NCBI GenBank assembly: GCA_038087875.1
Contig: CM075989.1
Span: forward strand, 1,922,001 to 1,986,000
DNA: 64,000 bases
Source: Malacoraja senta
Taxonomy: Eukaryota
Direction of reading: 5' to 3'
Shown: positions 40,073-51,808 of the stretch, piece after piece
Position numbering within the stretch: the stretch's first letter is position 1
Layout: each line of letters starts with the position of its first letter
The notes under the pieces: generated by a model
Database searches by the model: none
Seen by the model: the letters and a program-made list of their open reading frames with translations, nothing else
Told to the model about the DNA's origin: nothing
Translations under genes and position numbers: made by a program

Positions 40073-40603
40073 CTCCCTGCTTTTCCCTTTGACGTTGCAC
40101 TTGGTGAAAAGTCTTTGCCGCTGAGCAGTAGCTGTTCGATCTTTTGCTAGAGTAACTCAGCGGGTCAAGCAGCATCTGTGGAGGACAGGGATAGGCAATG
40201 TTTTGGGTCTGGAGCCACTGGAGAAGAGAGTTGAGGCTGATGGTGGCAATAACCTACCCTGTGGGGGCAGCAGAGAAATAACTCTACAGTTACTACCATT
40301 CCATTTGTCTTTTTTCTCTATGATTTTGCCCCCCCTGGTCTCTGAGCCTCTCGGCCTCGTTGTTTGTGACCTCCTCACTGCTGTACTAAGCTGGCATCTG
40401 GCCTTTTCAATGCCTGTCGGTCAGGAGGGATGGCAAGGTCAGTGTGGAGCTTAGGGAAGGAGTCACGCAAGCTCACGCCAAGGGCAGCACCAGAGAACCA
40501 TGGGTCAACTCACCCAGAGGCCTGCCTCTCATATTGTGTCACACACAATCCCCCTGCACACACGTATGACCAAGCACAAATACGCATGCATGAACATGCA
40601 TAA

Positions 40604-40857
<254 letters not shown>

Positions 40858-42257
40858 TACAGATAAACACTGGTTTAGCATAAACTACAGGGCCAGTTTG
40901 GACAAATACCCCATTTCCGGGATCGATCTTGTGAAGCTCAATCATGCTGTATATTGCATGTACATCCCTCTTCAGATAAGAGGGCCAAAGCTGCCTGTAA
41001 TATTCCAGGTACGGACTCACAAGGGATTTACACAGTCGCCTTTATTCTTGTTTGCAGTTAAGGCCATTATATATCGCTTGTCTTCCTAATTACTCTCTGT
41101 GGCCGCATGTTATCTTGAATAATTCCTGTGCAAAGACCCACATATGCCTCTGAACATAAATATAGTTCAATTTCTCACTCCCTCTTCCATATTTCACCCA
41201 GAGTGGAGAGATGTCTATGTTTCCAGATTATTGACATCACCATGAATTGACACAATCAGTAAGCTTGCTCAATCTGCCAAAGGTCTCTGCACCCTCCACA
41301 CTCCCACCAATGCCATTCAGCCTCGTACGAGCAATGTGGACGTATGCGGGCGGCAAGGTGGCGCGGCGGTAGAGTTGCTGCCTTACAGCGCCAAAGACCC
41401 GGGTTTGATCCCGACTACCGGTCTTGTCCGTCTGTAGTTTGTGACCTGCGTGGGTTTTCTCCGGGTGCTCCGGTTTCCTTCCAAATTCCAAAGATGTACA
41501 GTTTTGTACCACTGAGTCTGGGGATATGGGGGCAAGGCAGCAACGGGGTACTGATTGGGGATGATCAGCCATGATCACATTGAATGGCGGTGCTGGCTCG
41601 AAGGGCCAAATGGGCCTACTCCTGCACCTATTGTCTATTGTCTATAGAAGAAGCGTCTCGACTCAAAACATCACCCATTCCTTCTCTCCAGAGATGCTGC
41701 CTGTCACGCTGAGTTCCTCCAGCATTTTGTGTCTGCCTTTGATTTAAACCAGCATCTGCAGTTCTTTCCTGCACAATTCAGTCGGCTAATTGGCTTTGGT
41801 AGAATTGTAAATGGTCACCAGTGTGTGTAGGATAGAGTTAGTGTGCGGGGATCGCTGGTCGGCGCAGACTTGGTGGGCCGAAGGGCCTGTATCTCTAAAC
41901 TAAAAAATATTACACTTGGTCCCCTCACCCAAATTATAAGCAGTTTGTGAACAGTCAGGACACTGACAGTGATCCGTACGGCCCCATCAGTCCCAACTCA
42001 CAACCCGCAAATGGCCTCTCTGTTGCTATTCTTGTTTTTGTCCATGTTGTACATTACAGCCAATTTCACGCCCTCTAATTTGGAGTCTTGGAATAAAGCA
42101 ACCTTCTGATGAAGATATTCCCCACAAAACTGTTGTGGAGGGAGCTTTGTGATTTCAACCTCCCCTTCCAGATTCAGGGATGGAGCATGGTTGAGGAACT
42201 AACAGATGCAGAAATCCTCAGAGAATGATAATGTTTCGGTTTTTTTTAGTTTAGATA

Positions 42258-43130
42258 TACAATACAATTTATTTGTCTTTTTTTGTCTTTTGGACAAATT
42301 TGTCATTTGGACCCCGTTGAGGTCCAAACGAAATATCGTTTCTGCAGCCATACATTACAAACCGAAGAAGACCCGAGACACAACACAATTTACACATACA
42401 TCCATCACAGCGCTGTGATGGAAGGCAACAAAACTTATCTCTCCACTGCACTCCCCCCCCCCCCCCCCCCCGATGTCAGAGTCAAAGTCAAAGCCCCCGG
42501 CGGGCGATGGTGATTATCCCGCGGCCATTAAAGCCACGCCGGGCGATGCAAGGTCTTGGTGTTAGAGCCCCGGCGTGCGCTCGCAAAGTCCGGCGGCCAT
42601 TCCAAGCCGCACGGGGTGACGATGTAAAGCCCCGCTCCAGGTGCTCTTCAACCCCGCAACTCGGGCGGGAGAAGTCGCCGCTGCGGAAGCCCCGAAAAGC
42701 GGTCTCCCACCAGGGACCCGCGGGCTTCCGGTGTTGCCGTCCGCCAGACCCGCGGCTGCAGCCTCCGAATCTCCGGGGGTCGGGTCGCAGCAGCGATTGT
42801 CTCCACCACAGCTCCACCCGCTCCGGACTCGGCCAGCCCCGCGACGGTGAGAAGTCCGCAGCTCCGCAACTGGAGCCCCAGGTCGTTCCTGCTGGAGGCC
42901 GCTCCACGTTGCCCAGCCCCAACGACAACGGAGACCCGACAAAGAAAAGGTCGGGTCTCCTGTGCAGGGGAAAGATTTTAAAGTTTCCCCCCACCCCACC
43001 CCCACCCCCACCCCCCCACACACATACCCCGACAAAAATAATAATAAAAAACTACATAAAAACGAGACAAAAATAATAAAAAGACAGACGGACTGCAGAG
43101 GCCGTTGCAAACGAGAGTCGTGCCGCCCAC
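42258..43130 (-). mobile_element. GC/CpG-rich non-coding retroposon, copy 1
   Basis: Near-identical to 46685-47511. Ends in a stem-loop followed by ACAAATAAATTGTATTGTA. Interrupts an HE1 SINE tail. Confidence 0.75.
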
Positions 43131-43430
43131 CGAAACAGCTGGCGGAAACAGGCTCTTCAGCGCACCGAGTCCGTACCGACCAGCGATGTCAGCACATTAA
43201 CACATTAATGACAATTTACACATACACCAAGCCAATTAACCTGCAAATCTGTAGGTCTTTGGTGTGTGGGAGGAAACTGAATATCTCGAAGAAAACCCAC
43301 GTGGTCACGGGGAGAGCATACATACTCCGTACAGACAGCACCCGTAGTCGGGATCGAACCCGGGTCTCCGGCGCTACAAGGCTGCAACTCTACCGCTGCG
43401 CCACCGTGGTAGACTTCCAGACAACCGAGG

Positions 43431-43630
43431 NNNNNNNNNNNNNNNNNNNNNNNNNNNNNNNNNNNNNNNNNNNNNNNNNNNNNNNNNNNNNNNNNNNNNN
43501 NNNNNNNNNNNNNNNNNNNNNNNNNNNNNNNNNNNNNNNNNNNNNNNNNNNNNNNNNNNNNNNNNNNNNNNNNNNNNNNNNNNNNNNNNNNNNNNNNNNN
43601 NNNNNNNNNNNNNNNNNNNNNNNNNNNNNN
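43431..43630. other. Assembly gap (200 N)
   Basis: Run of N. Confidence 1.
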
Positions 43631-44688
43631 GGAGTACAAACAAGGTCAAGGTGGAAATAGAATGAATACTCTGAGAGCTTTAGATTCACAAGTCTCTGCC
43701 ACTCAAATTATGATTAGCCTTTGCAAGTGGGAACTATCAGGAATCCTAAATGCTTGTTTAGTTGAGTTTAGTTGAGAGATACAGCCCTTCGGCCCACCGA
43801 GTCCATGCCGACCAACAATCACCCATACACTAGCTCCATTCCCCACATAATTTCCAGAAACCTGTACGTTTTGGAGTGTGGGAGGAAACTGGAGCACCTT
43901 GAGAAAACCCTCGTGATCACGGGGAGAATGTACAAACTCCGTACAGACAGCACCCGCAGTCAGGATCGAACCCGGGTCTCTGGCGCTGTGAAGCAGCAGC
44001 TCTACCGCTGTGCCACCGTGCCGCCCCGGCTGGGAAACTCTGAGGACGACAGTGCCCTTTTGCCCAGCTGTGCGGCTAAACTCTGTGTTATCCACAAAGC
44101 CGGTCAGCGACATGTAAAGGGTTAACATCAATCATCATCTGCACATTTGGGAAATGAAATCATTTTGTGTTTGTGAGGTTGATGAGTTTTTCAAATGGGG
44201 CTGCTATAAACACAAGTGTCATCAGCAGCGCCTTCCACTAATGGGAATCCAGCCACTCGGAAAATGTTGATGGCTTCTCTCGCCATCTCTCTATCTTTCT
44301 CCTTTTGGACCCTTGTAGAAATAAATGAACTCAGAGGGATGCCTAAACAGGGCATATGTCTAGCAGCAATGATGTACTAACTGACTGTGACTAATATCGC
44401 CAGAGCTTGCCTGGGTGATTCCAATGCATATAAAGTTAAGCACCTTTGTCCCGTTCACAGCTGTCTACAAGGCTACAGCTGGAGACAGCCTGCCACTCAC
44501 TGACATCTCTCTCATTCGCTGCAGCCTTTGCAAACACAGCCTTGTGATAATGATATAGGTAGCAGGTCCACAGAGCTTGTGTCTCAAGTCCCTGCAGCTC
44601 AGACACGGCCTCCATCGGCAGAAGAAAGGGTCCCAACCTGAAACGTCACCCATTCCTTTTGTCAGTTACTCCATCCCAAAGTGAGTTA

Positions 44689-45233
44689 AGGGGCTCACTT
44701 GGGCGACCTAATTGGCGAGTTTAGGAGAGTTTGAAAAAATGAAATGTTGAAGATCTCCTTCGACTATGTAGAAGACCTCCTTCGACCTCCTTTGACTATG
44801 TTGAAGACTAGCTTCAACTAGCTACGACTAACTTCGGGAAAATTGGACACCGAATAGTGGAGAGTGAAGACGACCTCCTTCGACCTCCCTTCGACCTCCC
44901 TTCAACTATGATGAAGACTATCTACGACTAACTTCGACTGCCCTCGATTACCTACGACTAACATGCCGACCTACTATGACCTACAACCACCTACTACGAC
45001 TAAACCTATGAGTAAAAAAAGTATCGATTTTTTCCATGGCGACCTTTTTTTACTCGCGGGCATTTTTCAGCATGTTGAAAAATACGCCGCGACCTAGCTG
45101 AGGCCTCGAGTACGCGGAGACCACTTTCGAGCATGAAGGAGAGTTATAAAGACCTCCTACGACCTCGTGTCGACCATGCTGCAAGTATGAGTCGAGGGTA
45201 AACTCGCCAGAACTCGTGGATTAGGTCGCCCCT
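44689..45233. mobile_element. Harbinger-like MITE with eroded TIRs and internal CGACTA/CGACCT micro-repeats
   Basis: Ends AGGGGCTCACTTGGGCGACCTAAT / ATTAGGTCGCCCCT with TWA flanks. Shares the catgttgaaaa motif with the MITE at 35611-35944. Confidence 0.65.
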
Positions 45234-45355
45234 TAACTCCAAAACGTTGTGTCTATCTTTGGTATAAACCAGCATCTGCAGTTCTTTGTTTCTACATTCA
45301 GTTTAATTTATTGTCATGTGTAACGAGGTACAGTGAAAAGCTTTTGTTGCATGCT

Positions 45356-45508
45356 TATTCTTTTCCTGTCCATCTTGTTACAAATGTTGACCTCGCTGTC
45401 ATCGTCCGTCCTGAAAAGGACGCAAGCTTCCGGCGACAATCAGTGGGAGCCATCACTTGTCGCAATAGATGATGGTGGTAGCAGAATTAGCTCGGGATAC
45501 TTCCAGTT
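45356..45508 (-). mobile_element. 5'-truncated non-LTR retroposon 3' end, copy 2
   Basis: TSD ttgcatgct at 45347-45355 and 45509-45517. Homologous to 16170-16324. Confidence 0.75.
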
Positions 45509-46684
45509 TTGCATGCTAAACAGTCAGCAGAAAGACATTACATGATTACAATCAAGCCATTTACGGTATATGCACGCATGGTCTGTAGGAATAGTGATTT
45601 AAGTGTGTGGAGCGATTGTAGTATGAGTTTGTAGATCGGCTTCTGTGGCCAGCACACAAATTGTCACCTGGTTTGGCAGCCATCTTGGAAGCAGAATCTG
45701 ATGTTTCAACACCTCATCTCCCTCCCCCATGGAGCCTCCAGAGAGAAACTCCATTCTTTCCCTCCCATTCAACTCAATAAGAAGCTACAGCAATAAGATG
45801 GTGTCGGGACTCGAGTGCCTGAGCTGTAGGGTGAGGTTTTTCACACTGAGGGTAATGATTTATGGAACGAGCTGCCTGAGGAGGTTGTTGAGGCAGGTAC
45901 TATAACAACATTTAAAAGACATTTGAACAGGTACATAGATAGGAAAGGTTTAGAGAGACATGGGCTAAATATGGGTAGATGGGACCAGTGTAGATGGGGC
46001 ATCTTGGTCGGTGTGGGCAAGTTGGGCCGAAGGGCCTGTTTCAATGCTGTCTGCATCAAAACAAAAATGCCAACAAAAACTTGCAAATAATATTGATTAA
46101 AGCTGGAGGAGAAAACAATAAGAAAATTATCCAAATCAACTGGTGTTTAATTTAGTTTAGTTTAGAGATACAACACGGAAACAGGCCCTTCGGCCCAATG
46201 AGTCTGCGCCAACCAGCGATCCCCGCTCACTAACACTATCCCACACACACTGGGGACAATTTACAATTTTTACCGAAGCCAATTAACCTACAAACCTGTA
46301 CGTCTTTGTAGTGTGGGAGAAAACGGGAGCTCCTGGAAAAAACCCACGCGGTCACGGGGAGAACGTACAAACTACGTACAGACAGCAACCGTAGTCGGGA
46401 TGGATCCCGGGTCTCTGGCGCTGTGAGGCAGCAACTCTACCGCTACGCCACCTGTGCCGCCCCTAAACATGGTACAACATGGGATTGTGTTTTGTGCAGA
46501 TTGTGACTGAGACACAAGCGACACACAGCACTGTGAGAGGAGAGAATGAGGCGTAGTTAGATTGGAGGTGAACTGCTGGCCTGGACCTGCACTTCTCGTG
46601 TGTAGGAGCAACAAGTTGGCTGAGGACCCTGCTTCCATGCCTCTCTGTCTCTACAACAGGGGACTGTCAAATTAACACATCATA

Positions 46685-47511
46685 GTCATTTGGACCCCGT
46701 TGAGGTCCAAACAAAATGTCGTTTCTGCAGCCATACAATACAAAACGAAGAAGACCCGAGACACAACACAATTTACACATACATCCATCACAGCGCTTTG
46801 ATGGAAGGCAAAAAAACGTATCTCTCCACTGCACTCCCCCCCCCCCCCCCCGATGTCAGAGTCAAAGTCAAAGCCCCCGGCGGGCGATGGTGATTATCCC
46901 ACGGCCATTAAAGCCACGCCGGGTAATGCAAGGTCGCGCACCGGGTCTTGGTGTTAGAGCCCCGGCGCGCGCTCGCAAATTTCCGACGGCCATTCCAAGC
47001 CGCGCGGGGCGACGATGTAAAGCCCCGCTCCAGGTGCTCTTCAACCCCGCAACTCGGGCGGGAGAAGTCGCCGCTGCGGAAGCCCCGAAAAGCGGTCTCC
47101 CACCAGGGGACCCGCGGGCTTCCGGTGTTGCCGTCCGCCAGACCCGCGGCTGCAGCCTCCGAAACTCCGGGGGTCGGGTAGCAGCAGCGATTGTCTCCAC
47201 CACAGCTCCACCCGCTCCGGACTCGGCCAGCCCCGCGACGGTGAGTAGTCCGCAGCTCCGCAACTGGAGCCCCAGGTCGTTCCTGCTGGAGGCCGCTCCA
47301 CGTTGCCCAGCCCCAACGACAACGGAGACCCGACAAAGAAAAGTTCGGGTCTCCCGTGCAGGGGAAAGATTTTAAAGTTCCCCCACCCCCACCCCCCCAC
47401 ACACATACCCCGACAAAAAAAAACAAAAAAAACTACATAAAAACGAGACAAAAATAATAAAAAGACAGACAGGCTGCAGAGGCCGCTGCAAACGAGAATC
47501 GCGCCGCCCAC
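46685..47511 (-). mobile_element. GC/CpG-rich non-coding retroposon, copy 2
   Basis: Same 5' start (GTGGGCGGC) as copy 1. Lacks the terminal AATAAA tail. Confidence 0.75.
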
Positions 47512-47519
47512 TAAACTAA

Positions 47520-50500
47520 ATGTTCCGAAGGTTGAGGAGGGCCAGGTAAAAGTCAGAATAGGACAGCCTACAATGTTCCAGCAAGTCCTTAGCACTGCAG
47601 AGCCGTTGCTTTGTGGGTACTCTGGGCTGCTGGTATAGTGTCGGAAGTTCCAGCCGGCAGCGAAACGCCGAAATTCGGCACTCGAGAACTTGCTGCCGTT
47701 GTCCGATTGAAGACTTGCCAGGGTTCCGAAGGTTCCGAAGTGTTGGCGCAGCTTCCCGATAATGGCTGAAGAGGTGAGGGAGTGCAGCCGGTCAACCTCG
47801 AACCAGCTGGAGTACGAGTCCACAAGAACCAGGAAGTGCTTGCCACGCCACTCAAAAATGTCACCGGCGACAGTCATCCAGGGCAGCTCGGGGGCAGGCT
47901 GCTGCAGAAGCGGCTGCCGTTGCTGATGGGGAGTGAGGCTATTGCAGACAGAGCAAGCGGAGACCCTCTCCCGGATGTCTTGGGCCATGCTGGGCCAGTA
48001 GAACAAACTCTGGACTTGGGATAGGGTGGCCTCGGCCCCAGGATGACCGCGATGGGCGGTATGAAAGTATTGGTCACGCAGGGCAGCAGGCATGATGACC
48101 TTGTGTCCCTTCACGACCACGCCGTCGTGCAGCACAAGTTCGTCACGGACCAGGAAGTAGGGCACGACTCCAGGCGGCAAGGATGAACGACGGTCTGGCC
48201 AGCCCTGCCTGATGACGTTGGCAAGCTGCTGCAGGGCAGGGTCCTTGGCAGTGTTGCTGACCAGGGACTGCATGTGCTGGGAAGGCACAATGTTGACGTT
48301 AAGCACCATCAGGCCGGACGATCCATATGGATGACGATCGGTGGACGTTAGTGGTGCGCGGGACAGCGTGTCGGCCACAAACATGTCCTTGCCCTTGCGA
48401 TATACAATTTTGAACGTAAAACGCTGGAGCTGCAGCATCATGCGCTGCAAACGGGACGAGGCAACGTGGATCGGCTTGTTGAGGATAGAGACCAGCGGCT
48501 GATGGTCGGTCTCGATCGTGAAGCTGTATCCCAGAATATAATCCTTGAACTTGGAGCAGGCAAACACCACAGCAAGCAGCTCCTTCTCTATCTGAGCATA
48601 GCGCTGCTCGGCAGGGGTCATGGTGCGGGAAGCGTAGGAAACAGGCAGCTGCAGGCCATCGCGGAGCTGCAGGCAAGCAGCACCAAGACCGAACTTGGAG
48701 GCGTCGCAGGTAAGAACAATGGGACGCTGCAGATCGAAGAATTGGAGAGTGGGGGCATTGGCCAGCCTGGACTTCAGAATGTCGAAAGCTTTCTGGAGAT
48801 GTGGGAGCCAGGCCCAGGCAGTGTCCTTCTTGATCACCTCCCTCAGGGGCGCACTCAGCTCGCTGAGGTCAGGGATGAACTTCCCCAGGTAATTAACCAT
48901 GCCCAGGAAACGCTGCAGGCTGGGCACGTCGGTGGGCGAAGACATCCCGGAGACCGCGGTTGTCTTCTGCGGGTCAGGCTTCAGCCCCGATGCGGTAAAG
49001 ACGTGGCCCACATAGGTGACGTCCAGGACGCGGAAACGGCACTTTTTTGGATTTAGTTTGAGGTTGATTTCACGGGCCTGGTCCAGGACTTGACGGAGGT
49101 GGAGATCGTGCTCAGCAACGTCCTTACCGTAGACCAGGATGTCGTCAACGATGATAGCACATGGCAGACCGGTGAACAGCTGCTCCATCGTCCGCTGGAA
49201 GACCTCGCTGGCAGAGTTGATCCCGAATGGCATGCGGAGGAATCGGAACCTGCCGAAGGGCGTGCTGAAGGTAGTCAGGTAGGAGGACCGCTCGTCCAGT
49301 GGTATCTGCCAGAAGGAGCTCTTGGCATCGAGAACCGAAAAGACAGTGGCCGGGCCAACCTGTGCAGCGACGTCCTCCACTGTTCGCATGGGGTAATGTG
49401 GGCGTCTGATGGCAAGATTCAGGTCTTTGGGGTTGATGCAAATGCGAATTTCACTTTTGTCCTTTTTCGCAGCAACAACCATGGTGGAGACCCACCGGGT
49501 GGGTTCGCTCACCTCCTTCAGGATGCCCATGGTAACCATGTTGAGCAGCGTTAACTCCACCTTGTCCTTCATGGCGAAGGAGACGCGGTGTGGTGGACCG
49601 ATCATAGGTTCAACACCGGGGTCGACAACGATCTTGTAGCTGCAGGGCAGCTTGCCCAGCTTGTCATCAAAACGGTCAGGGTATTCGCGCAGGGGGTCCA
49701 TAAGGGTCTGCACCTGGTGGATATCACGGTGGAAAGAGACCAAGCCGAGGTCCTGGCATGCCCGGGCGCCCAACAGGGTGATGTTGTTTGTATCCAGTAG
49801 ATAAAAAGTGAGGGGCCGAGAGGCACGCAGTACCTTGCAGTGCAGGGTAACCCTCCCCACCGGAACAGGCACGCTTCCCCCGTAGGCATGCAACAGGGAG
49901 TGATCGGGAGTAACTTTCGCATCAGTCCTTATCTTCTTGAAGAGGCCTATTGACATTACATTGGTCACGGCCCCCGTGTCGAGTTTGGCGTTGAAGGTCG
50001 AACCGTTGACAGTGACGCGAACCGAAGGGTCCGTTATCAGTGCAGGTGCATCCAACACTGAAAATATGCTGGTCTCCCCCTGGGAGGAACTTGTATCAGA
50101 CAAAGGGAGTTCATCAGGCTGGAACTGTGAACCAAGCGCGCTATCAGCTCGAGCAAGGTTGTTTAACATTCGGCATGGAGCAGAAACTGGCTTCCCACGA
50201 GAGCGACAGGCTGCAGAGAAATGGTTCAATTTCCTGCAAAAATTGCACGTTTTCCCCAGCGCAGGGCACACATTAGACTGATGGGAGGTAAAGTTGCAGT
50301 TGGGGCACCGCTGTGAGCTGCTACCCCCGGGTGCAGGGGACTCCCGTTGCCGTTGCGGGCCAGCGTTCCGCCGGCGGCCAGGAACACTGGCAAAGTTAAT
50401 GTCATGATCAGCAGACGACACCGCCGAGGCGACAGCCTCAGCCATGCGGGAGGCGTGCAGAGCATCGGCTAAAGACAGGTCGTGCTTCCGCAGAAGTTCA

Positions 50501-50982
50501 GCCCTTAGTTTTTCATCTTGAAGACCATACACTAAAATGTCCCGGGTCAGTTGATCGGGGGTCAGCGTGTCCAGGCTGCAACGCCTGGCCAGGTGACGCA
50601 ACGCGGCGATATAGTTATCGATTGACTCTCCAGAGATCTGACGCCGGGTGAACATTTTAAAACGCTCTAGAATGCAGTTAGTGGGGATGTCGCACATTGC
50701 GGTAAACTTAGCCATAAGACATACCGGGTCCTGAGCATCTTCACCTGCACCATAGACAAACGACTCAGCCCGTCCCAGGGCATCAGGACCAGCCAGGTTG
50801 AGAAACAGAGAAGCCCGTGTAGCAGGGGTGGCAGCAGGATGGGCGATCGTGGCATAGTGTTGAAAGTCACGTCTAAAGACACCCCACCGATGGGCAATGT
50901 CCGAGTCGAAGACAAGCATGTCGGGTTTGCGGCAAGAAGTAGCCATGGCACGGGAGATTAAGAAATGGGGAAACGGGTCCAA
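47520..50982 (-). pseudogene. Ty3/Gypsy gag-pol polyprotein, single ORF; integrase frameshifted and truncated
   Basis: Two CCHC knuckles (CPNCNFTSHQSNVC, CNFCRKLNHFSAAC), protease LDTGA, RT (LDAKSSFWQI, MPFGI, IVDD), RNase H (CDAS, EKE, TDH, ADTLSR), integrase HHCC plus D..SDNG..YPQSNG. Domain order PR-RT-RH-IN. Confidence 0.95.
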
Positions 50983-51024
50983 AGTAAAGAAAAAACGATA
51001 AACTGGAGGCGCAAAGGTACGAAG

Positions 51025-51033
51025 CTGACACCA
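51025..51033 (-). promoter_or_regulatory. Primer binding site, tRNA-Leu-like
   Basis: TGGTGTCAG directly after the LTR CA, complementary to the ...CUGACACCA 3' end of tRNA-Leu(CAA/CAG). Only 9 nt match. Confidence 0.7.
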
Positions 51034-51238
51034 TGTAAAGAGGCGTCATAACACACTGTGTCTTTACTACTGTTTATTTATGATACACATACTTTACTGC
51101 CCTAGCTGTTCGTGGTCTGTCACCGGAACCAGAGAGAGAGAGCACTGGGTGGGAAGGTTGTAATTATACTAGTGATGTGGGGAGTGGTTAGTAGTGGTGA
51201 GGTCACTATGTTAAAGGTACATGCACATGTCATCTACA
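51034..51238 (-). mobile_element. 5' LTR of the Gypsy element (205 bp)
   Basis: TGTAGA...TTTACA termini. TATAAT (~51163-51168) and AATAAA (51073-51078) on the minus strand. Immediately followed by the PBS and abuts a broken HE1 SINE. Confidence 0.85.
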
Positions 51239-51511
51239 CCGGGGCACCCAGAGAAAACTCACGAGGTCATGGGGATAACGTACAAACTCCATACAGACCG
51301 CACCCGTAGTCAAGATTGAACCCGGATCTGTAGCGCTGTGAGGCAACACCTGTACTGCTGTGCCTCAGTGCCACTCATAGAGAATGGACTGCCCGACTTA
51401 GATGAAAATCTCTTGATACCTGGTCATGTCTGGGTAATCCCCAATTTAATCAGCCAGGAATCCCAGTTAGCTGTGAGTTACAATGTTGAAAAGCCAGGAG
51501 ACACGCTTTGA

Positions 51512-51808
51512 GGCAGCACGGTGACTCAGCGGTAGAGGTGCTGCCTCACAGCGCCAGAGACCCGGGCTCGATCCCGACTACGGGTGCTGTCTGTACGGAG
51601 TTTGTACGTTCTCCCCGTGACCTGCGTGGTTTTTCTCCGAGATCTTCAGTTTCATCCCACACTCCAAATATGTACAGGTTTGTAGGTTAATTGGCTCGGT
51701 ATAAATGTAAAATTGTCCCTCGTATTTGTAGGGTAGTGTAAGAGTGCGGGGATTGCTGGTTGGTGCGGACTCGGTGGGCCGAAGGGCCTGTATCTCTAAA
51801 CTAAAATA
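51512..51808 (+). mobile_element. HE1-type V-SINE
   Basis: A/B boxes, V-domain and tail. Confidence 0.85.

Noticed and set aside
42488..43110. Overlapping 170-230 aa ORFs in the GC-rich element
   Set aside because: Open on both strands because of high GC. Indels between the two copies break the frames, and no domain is recognisable.
42258..47511. Two GC-rich repeats as LTRs of the Gypsy element or as a gap-related false duplication
   Set aside because: They do not match the real LTR at 51034-51238, lack TG..CA ends, lie on the same side of the ORF and have different flanks.
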